Under the pieces are notes generated by a model. That model was not told the DNA's origin. It searched no databases and worked only from the letters and a program-made list of their open reading frames with translations. From Atractiella rhizophila (Eukaryota), in the NCBI GenBank assembly GCA_021432655.1, contig MU271211.1:50141-70140 (forward strand): a stretch of 20,000 nucleotides of DNA, in the 5' to 3' direction. A program made the translations under genes and the position numbers. Below are positions 12,601 through 20,000 of the stretch, one piece after another. Within the stretch, counting starts at the first letter, position 1, and the number at the start of each line of letters is the position of its first letter.

Positions 12601-13956
12601 TTTCTCGTTCGTCTATCAGGGTTATTTTGAGGAGGTAGGAATAGGCGTTGAAGAAAAGCGGTTCGGAATTGGGGAACGAAGTATTTTCAAGGACGGCGCC
12701 GTGCCAGTTTAAGAAGTAAGTGAGAAAGGAAGTCAGATTCATGATCAGATCCTGCTCGGCTGTCGATGCATTCTCGTAAAGGACTACGAAATCCGCTGAT
12801 GGATCTGCGCAATTTCAAATAAGCGATTATCGAAGGAAAGAAGCTCGCAACTGACCATCGGTGAGAGGGATGACATTATTTATGACCTCCATAACCATCT
12901 CGAAAAGCTGAAAGAACTTGATATCATAAGTATGATCAAGTTCGAGCGAATTGATCTGGCTCAAGCATTTGAGCGATATATTTCGAAATTGATTTGAGGT
13001 CAAGAATCGGTTGATGAGGTTTGTAACGAGAGATGTGTTAAAGATGTAGGATTCCGGCATCCAGCCCATAAAACGGTGCAGGGCTTCCAGCGTCGCTTGG
13101 ATCAAAGAAGGTTTTTCACCATTCGCAACGATCTCTTCACACAAATCGAACACCTAGTTCGAACAAATCAGCACATATTAAGATGCAGAAACATATAGCT
13201 CACATCCTTAAACTCTTTCTGGATCTGAATCTGCATACTCTTTGTCCGATTACGGGTCAATTGCTGCGCGGAAAAATCGAAAATCTCCTCTGATAAAAGC
13301 TTCAAGATCGTAAGGTTGTTTTCGCAGATTGTGAGATTGGTGCGCGAAGACGCTACGAGTTCAGGAATGAACGTTGGCCATGAGTGAGGCCAGGTTTGTT
13401 TGAGAATCTAAGGACTGTCATAAGTCAAGGTCGTTGAGTGTAAGAAAACAGCGTACGGCAACGAGAATCATGTTTAGCTTGTTCATGAAAGACTTCTCTT
13501 TTCGCAGGATTGTCTCGTCTTCTGAGAGCTTTACAACGGTAGCAACCACCCAGTTCCTTATACCTATTCATCGAACAGCTTAGCTTTTTGCTGATGCATT
13601 CCCAACAGGACCAAAACAACAAACCAGCTTGTTGGTCAGGAGGAAGCACTTTCCACCGTGTACCGATAAGCTTCTCCATTATTTGCAGTGCTACATACTA
13701 TCGCGGAAAACGTTTAACGGCACCACCCTTTAACGCGCTCAAAGAAGTGAGGAACGAAACAAACCTTGGTTTGAAAGCTGTTTGACTCTTCCAAAATCTG
13801 TGGTACCCTCTGCCACGAGTCTGGATTTTCCTGAAAGGAAGTAATGACCCTCTGAGCCTCTGATCTCTCTGCTGTCTTTCCAGTGAAGAAGGCATAAACG
13901 ACCTGATCGAGCAGTGGAACTGAGAGAGGTTGGCTGAAGTCGAGTATCGCATCCAT
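9677..13956 (-). CDS. CRM1: Exportin-1 (CRM1/XPO1), ~1084 aa, 21 exons
   Basis: Twenty GT-AG introns of 46-67 nt give an uninterrupted frame, including a 20-nt exon at 12108-12089. Motifs: [93 protein letters not shown], terminal IPGMVKPSE. Confidence 0.96.
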
Positions 13957-14503
13957 CCTTCAAGCTGCCTGGGGATGGTAAACGGTGAGGTGAGGTGGTC
14001 TGGGAAGCTGTACCAGAAGGCTGATAACAAGTGGCTTGTCAATCCAGAGGTCCCTTCTTCAAGTGCGCGTATTGCTTCGCGTTTTGCGGATTCTTCCAAA
14101 CAAGGAAGCCGCGAAAACCCTTGTCTTCTCGGAACCTTACATTAGACGAGATGTTTCCGCTCAACTCAGTTATTTTCCTTATTTTCCTTTCCCGACACAG
14201 ACCCGGCTTATTTAAAGTAACTTTTGAATGGTATTTTTTACTGAGGTTAAGTCAGAGAGGTTACAAAGTGAATTCTGAATGAAGCATCCAAAAGGAGAAC
14301 TGCTAGCAAGTATCCAAGAGGGGAACTGCCTCCAGAAGAGTTCTGAGCAATTGCTCACGATGGCCCGATGCATGACATGTTGTGGATGGGAATTCTCTGT
14401 TTCGTTGGAAGATACATCATCATTTTAATTTGACATGCGATTTGGTACTGTTTCACCCTTATCTTTACACTAATTCGTAGTAGTGAAGACCCTGTCGGCC
14501 CTT

Positions 14504-16129
14504 TCAATTGTAACCCTGAATCGCTCTGGGAATGTAGGGCTCTTCAATGCTTCACAGTAGAGGGAGGGTCAGGACTTCACTTAATTTCGGAATGAACAAC
14601 CCACCTCTGAATCTCCGCGTCATCCAGTTTAATGTCCAATGCTTCTATCAATTCTTTGATGCTATCTAACTTCGTGGTCCCAATAATTGGAGCAGTCACA
14701 GCCTCCTTTGCGAGGGAATAGGCTAGCGCAACCTGCGCCATGCTCCTTCCGTGCTTCTTCGCAATGCTCTCGACCCTGCCCATAGTTAATCAATTTCTAC
14801 TGTCCATGCGAAAAACTTGCCTTTTGTTCACTTCGAACACAGCAGATCTGTCTGCGCTCCCCTCGGCACCTAGGATGCGCGCAAAGTTTTTATCTACCTT
14901 CGCACGGACCGTTGAGGACGTTTGATCGATTGGACGGGTAAGGAATCAGCGTGCAAGGGGAGACCAGGGAATACAGCCAACGTTGAACATCTTGAGGGTG
15001 GGAAACATTTCGCGTTCCTCCTCGCGATAAACCGCGCTGTGCATGTCCTGCATCGAGATGAAGCTACAGAGGAAGTGCTCGCTGAGAACGTTTAGGAGAC
15101 AGAACGGTTTGGACGTACGGTGTAAGGTTGTGCGAGATTGCATAGTTTTGCATTGCGTGAAACTGATACCGTTGTCAATAATTGCCCCTGCTCAGTGGGT
15201 TTTCAGCTTGCCTGATAAGCGTGACAAGAGCTCATCCCGATGTATCGTGCGTATCCAGCTTTCCTGCGCTCATCGTCATCATCAACTCAGCTGACGATTG
15301 CAAAATGGTCTAACACCACATCGTGCAAAGCCTGCATCGTTTCCTCGATGGGGGTATTGTAATCGAATCTGTGGCCTGTCGAGCTCCTCAGCAAGGCAAC
15401 CACCGTTTTTGTGACTGAACTTACATTGAAGAACGTCGACATAATCCAGCTGAAGGCGCTGAAGAGATGCCTTGATGCCTAGTTTCATTTCATGATCACT
15501 TACGAACACTGACAAAACAAAAGAGACATACTAGCAAAAATATGCTTTCGCGAGAGACCCCACTCGCTAAGATCAAACCAGTTTAGAGCTGCGACAGCTT
15601 CCTGGGAAAGACTCACTTGATCAGGCCAAACTCATCTGGATCGATTCCGACGTTCTTGAATGAGAGATCTTCGGGAACACAGGCATTATAAACCCTTTAA
15701 CAGTTAAAATAATCCATCACAATGCCTGGAAAGAAGACGTACTTTGTCAGAATAACAACTTTCTCCCTAGGAATTTTGAAGTGCTTCAAAGAATTCCCCA
15801 GCACGACTTCACTCTCTCCATTAGAATACCTTTTACATTATTTAGCCAAAGCGTAAGAAGAAATGTGACTAACATGTTAGCAGTGTCGAAAGTGTTGATT
15901 CCAGAGTCGTAAGCATACTTGATGTGTTTAAAGGACTCTTCCTCGTCTAATACCCAGTCCTGCCATTTGCTCGAGCCGTAAGACATCATGCCTATTGATG
16001 TTTATCTCATGAGATGTTCTTTTCTGCCAAAGCAACGTGTAACTGACCTAAGATCAGTTTTGAGACTTTCAGGCCTGAATTTCCAAGGCGAACATAAGGC
16101 ACTTTGACGTTCGGTTTCGCCAACTCCAT
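14504..16129 (-). pseudogene. Aldo-keto reductase (aryl-alcohol dehydrogenase-like), 12 exons, ~356 codons, with an in-frame TGA at codon ~243
   Basis: Motifs YVRLGNSGLKVSKLILG, NTFDTANMYSNGESE, VILTK, GLSRKHIF, LDYVDVLQCHRFD, YIGMSSC, REEEREM, IPWSPLAR*FLTRP, APIIGTTK. TGA at 14948-14946. Two GC-AG introns (15211-15163, 14820-14776). The family call is strong; pseudogene status is uncertain. Confidence 0.85.
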
Positions 16130-16760
16130 CCTGAGTTCACAAGCTTCACGTATTATGGTATTAACAGCTCGCAATCTCAGTCGCTTTTATAGAAGAAGAC
16201 AGGCCGAAATGACCAGAAGTGGTGGTGCTTGTGGAGGTGAATTGGTAATTCCTGTCATCACATGCCGAACTTGAAGCTTGCAGTGAGGGACAACAAACAC
16301 CATATATGGGCAGAGTTCAGCTACCTTTGGCCCTGGCGCTTGCTGAAAATCGAGTAGCTATGACAAGCTTTAGACTACTACTTAGATTCGTATTTTCAGT
16401 TCGAATCTGCTTGCTGTCGAAAATGCGAACACGTCTTTGACTTCCATCTACTAATACTAAGTAGTACTAACTCTTCGTCGTCACTCCCAAGACCTCTTGT
16501 ACCGCGGGTAAGAGAAGGTTGATATAATGTTGAACCGAATCCTATCATGATTAGAGACAACGCGCTTCCAGTTTACAGGCCGGAAACCTGACATTGTCCT
16601 TGTTTTGGGATATATCGATTCCAGAATATTGTCCAATCGGATTGACATGTCTTCAGTATGAGGACATATAAAAACCTGCATCTCTTTTCATAGCATCATC
16701 GAAGCTAGCCTTGATCCATATTTGACGCCGACCATTCCTTCGCTCTTTCAACAGCATAAA

Positions 16761-17876
16761 ATGCCTACCCATTATTGTTTTCTCTTCTCCGCTCTTTTGG
16801 TCACTCTTTTCGCTCCTGCTCTTGCTGTCTTCGACGTCGGAGGAACTATTTGCACTGGGATTGGATCACTCTGTATCTGTAAGGACTCTGATAACCCCTT
16901 TCCTATGTGAACTAATGTGCACATGGTGTAGTCGCTTACCTTGACGCGAATAATATTGAGGTTACTGTTACCGGTTATTGTGCTCCAAATCTGCGGTAAT
17001 TTCATTATCTCTTGGGACACATAGGTACACTAACCATCACCTAAAGGTGCGGCGACAATGGTGCTGGTATGTGTTACAATCTGTTCCCATGTTCTATGGA
17101 CAGACTCATAGTTCCCTTCCAGTTTGTGATACCGCAGTAAGACTTCTACCGCAAAATTGAAGGCGAATGAGTTTGCTGATTTTGGGCAAAGGCTAATTGC
17201 TACAACTACTGTGGTGATGATGGCATCTGCGGTGGTGTTGGCGCCTTGTGTGACACCAGTTCGTCCTTCGTCCTCCTCCTCTGCGCTTTCTTACTATTGT
17301 GTTGTCATAGCCGACCCATTCGAACATGACCAGGTCTGTCTACTCCTGATAGTATTGAAACGACACGAGAGTTGACCTCAAACTGTGGTGGCTAGGAAAC
17401 CATTGCTTGCAATACCCCAGGCTCGTCTCTTCCCAATTTATTCCCATGGGACTGATGAGGTCTATTTCAGCATCCACCTGCGACATAAGCGTCGGTCTCT
17501 GCATCTCTGCTGCCTCCCCTGGCTCCCGACGCACCCGCGAAGCCAAACGAGAAATGAAGGCGCTAAAAGAAGCGAGGGAGACCTGCAGCGGCGACGAAGA
17601 AGATTTGTGCTTCGTCAACGGTAGGTTCAGATGCATTGACGCGCATACTTCCCTGGAGAGCTGTGGCGCTTGTGCCAAGGAAGAAGAACGTGGAGGAGGT
17701 CAGGATTGCGCATCGATCGATGGAGCCGATTCGGTTGCTTGCGTACAAGGCAAATGTGTTGTCTGTCCGTCTCTCTCTCATTAGTTGATGAATATGTTGA
17801 TAGAATTGATTGAACAGCGACCTGTCTTCCTGGTTATGCGCTTGTCGACGGAAAGAGTTGCATCTTGGCTGAATAG
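16761..17876 (+). CDS. Secreted Cys-rich PriA/Cpl1-like protein (~227 aa, 9 exons)
   Basis: Exons 16761-16878, 16932-16995, 17047-17066, 17123-17136, 17192-17258, 17311-17333, 17396-17420, 17471-17764, 17818-17876. Signal peptide ending FAPALA; C-terminal CID..TSLESCGAC...GQDCASIDGADSVACVQGKCVVSTCLPGY. The middle micro-exons are less certain than the ends. Confidence 0.82.
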
Positions 17877-18533
17877 TATCCTTCAGCTGTCCAGTTTTTG
17901 AGCTATCTCCTGTGGGTACTGCGAATTTGTGACATTTGTCGTTCCCATATTTATTAACTTCCTTGCATTGATAATGAATCCATTAACGTATCTATCATGA
18001 TCTTCGCCCCTAAGCTGCTCCCACTTCCTGGGAGTAATCCTCTCCTTGTCTCTCCTCTCACTTAGCTTATTCGTCACTAGCAGCCTGAGTGAGCCTGGGC
18101 TGCAACCGTCGACAAAGGCAGGGGTTGCAATTCGGATGTGGAAGAATTGATGATTCTGCAAGAGCCATATAGACGTACACTTGAAGCTTTGAAGAGCATA
18201 CTGGGGTTCTCACCTGTGCCGATACAGTCGAAGAAAGGGGAGAGACGAAACAGGAGCACAACGAACGCACGACTTCGGAAAATCTAAACAGTGGGTGCCA
18301 ACTTGAAGGAATCCTGACCTCCCCTCCTCAAACCGATCGAGGAACCCAAAGACTGAACGAATGATGGAAAGATTAAGGCAAGTATCTCACAGACGAGAGC
18401 AGGCAGTACGGGATGGTTTAGGCAGTATAAAGAGCTGGTGCAAACATATATATGTGGAAGAAAAACACGAATTTTGACTGTCAAGAAACGTCCCGAGTCG
18501 AGATAAAGAAACTATGAGATAAAATCATGTCCG

Positions 18534-19953
18534 TCACCGAGTGCTGCTCGAAGTTGTAGTCGTGGTGGACGAATGCGATGAATCGGAAGAATCGGAAGAT
18601 AGAGAGGACGTCTCTGTGTGGGATGAGGTATTCGCTGACGAACTGGTAGAGGATGAAGTAAGAGAAGGTGACGTGGAACTCGAAGAGAGTGACGATTCCG
18701 ACTGAGTAGACGAGGAGAAAGTGGACGAGGAACTCGATGAGGTCGAAGAGGAAGACAGATCGGATGACGATCCAGTTGAAGTTGCATCGACAACTGAAGC
18801 CTGAGCCTCTGTTGAGGATGACGAAGGGCTGATTCCTTCAACAACGAAGGTCGAAGACTCCATATTTGTTTCTTCGGCGGCCAGCTCCTCTTCTACACTT
18901 GCATCCTCCTCCTCCTCTCCAACCTCCACATCTCCTAACGAGAAAGGTTTTTGATTCCCATTCCAATCCGTAAACGAGATCCTCGGCGTCCCTTTCAACC
19001 TACTATTCGGAGACCTCGTCCCATCCTTATTCGCTCCACCGCTCAAATCAGGGAGAACGATAGCTTCCTCCCTCCCTTCGCTCACATACCCATCCTCCCT
19101 CACGATCGGCGATCCATACCTCCTACCACTACCCCACGGTGCGCCTTCTACCAACTCCACTCCTTCCTTTATCCCTCCGAATGAAATCACTTCCTCTTCA
19201 ACAGCGAGATCTCCGACTCCCCTCCCAACTCCGCGCGAGACGCTCCCATGATCCCACGTCGTACTCCGTCCCAGAAGAGCGAGAGCGGTCTCGAGGAACC
19301 ATTCGTTCCTCTTCAAATAATGAACGACGACAGTCCCTCCATGTTCTCTGCCCAAGAAACGTTGTCTCCTAATGGCGGCATACTCTCTGTCAAAATTGGT
19401 AGTCGGAGGAGGGACGAGAGCCATGGCCTTCTCCTCAACAGTGAGGGGCACAGCTCTCTTTTGTATCCTGCTCTCCTCCTGCTCAGAGTTCGACGCTTTC
19501 AGAGGGATGTTTGAATTGGCCACCAGCTCCTCTCTCTGCTTAGCCGCGAGCTTCTTCCCCTGTTCCGACTCCCAAAACTTCTCCGTAAACTCCACCGGAT
19601 CCCTCGCAAACTCCTTCCCGATCTTGGTCGTCCCCAGGAATCGACCAGCGGTCCCGATCCCTCCGGTACCAGCGTTGGTGGACCCGGAATTCCTGTCCCT
19701 GTCCATATCCTTACTGTAGCTCGCAGGGTCGGGGGGTTGGAAGCCTTTATCCTTGGAAGTCGAGTCGACGATAGGAGAGGGGTGGGGAAGACGCGGATCG
19801 TTGGCTCCGTAGATGAGGTCATTGTAGGGGAGGTAGAGGTCGAGGGTATGATTGTACGTCCAATCCTTGAATCTGGATCCGCCTTCGATGAGAGCTTCAA
19901 CTTCTTCCTCCATCGTCATTCCCTGTTTCGGAGCACGATATTCTGTTTTCCAC
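18534..19953 (-). CDS. 3' exon of a probable GT31-family glycosyltransferase with a long acidic, Ser/Thr-rich tail (5' part outside the window)
   Basis: Acceptor TTCAG at 19954-19958 with upstream CTGAT; open frame WKTEYRAPKQGMTMEEEVEALIEG...RFLGREHGGTVVVHYLKRNEWFLETALALLG to TGA 18534. The family call rests on recalled similarity to basidiomycete GT31 C-termini. Confidence 0.6.
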
Positions 19954-20000
19954 CTGAACGATCCAGCACATTGATCAGTTCAGTTGTCGAAATGGAAGAG

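Noticed and set aside
14946..14948. Selenocysteine codon
   Set aside because: The aligned residue is Gly rather than Cys, no SECIS was seen, and Dikarya are not known to have Sec machinery.
8103..19900. Many overlapping or antisense ORFs over the BRF-like, CRM1, reductase, PriA-like and GT31 genes
   Set aside because: They are shadow frames of well-supported spliced genes or of low-complexity coding sequence.

Overview
Eukaryotic, intron-dense fungal DNA (most introns are 44-67 nt). It is probably a basidiomycete; the PriA/Cpl1-type gene weakly suggests Pucciniomycotina. Genes were spliced by hand because the ORF track fragments or misses them. Left to right: a ~97%-identical direct repeat (1-793 / 1196-1983) enclosing a 5' fragment of a SIRT2/Hst2-type sirtuin; an orphan coiled-coil gene; SCAMP; a Ser-rich hypothetical gene; RPS30 (not recovered by the ORF track) head-to-head with a divergent TFIIB-family factor of BRF2-like layout; an intact but divergent 21-exon exportin-1 (CRM1); an aldo-keto reductase with one in-frame TGA at a conserved Gly; a micro-exon-rich secreted PriA/Cpl1-like gene; and the 3' part of a probable GT31 glycosyltransferase. 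The most notable items are the duplicated divergent promoter leaving two convergent truncated genes, the BRF2-like factor, the RPS30 last intron with a 164-nt AG-free zone, and a long structured SCAMP intron. No tRNA, rRNA, CRISPR array or transposase was seen. Family calls come from remembered motifs, not database searches.
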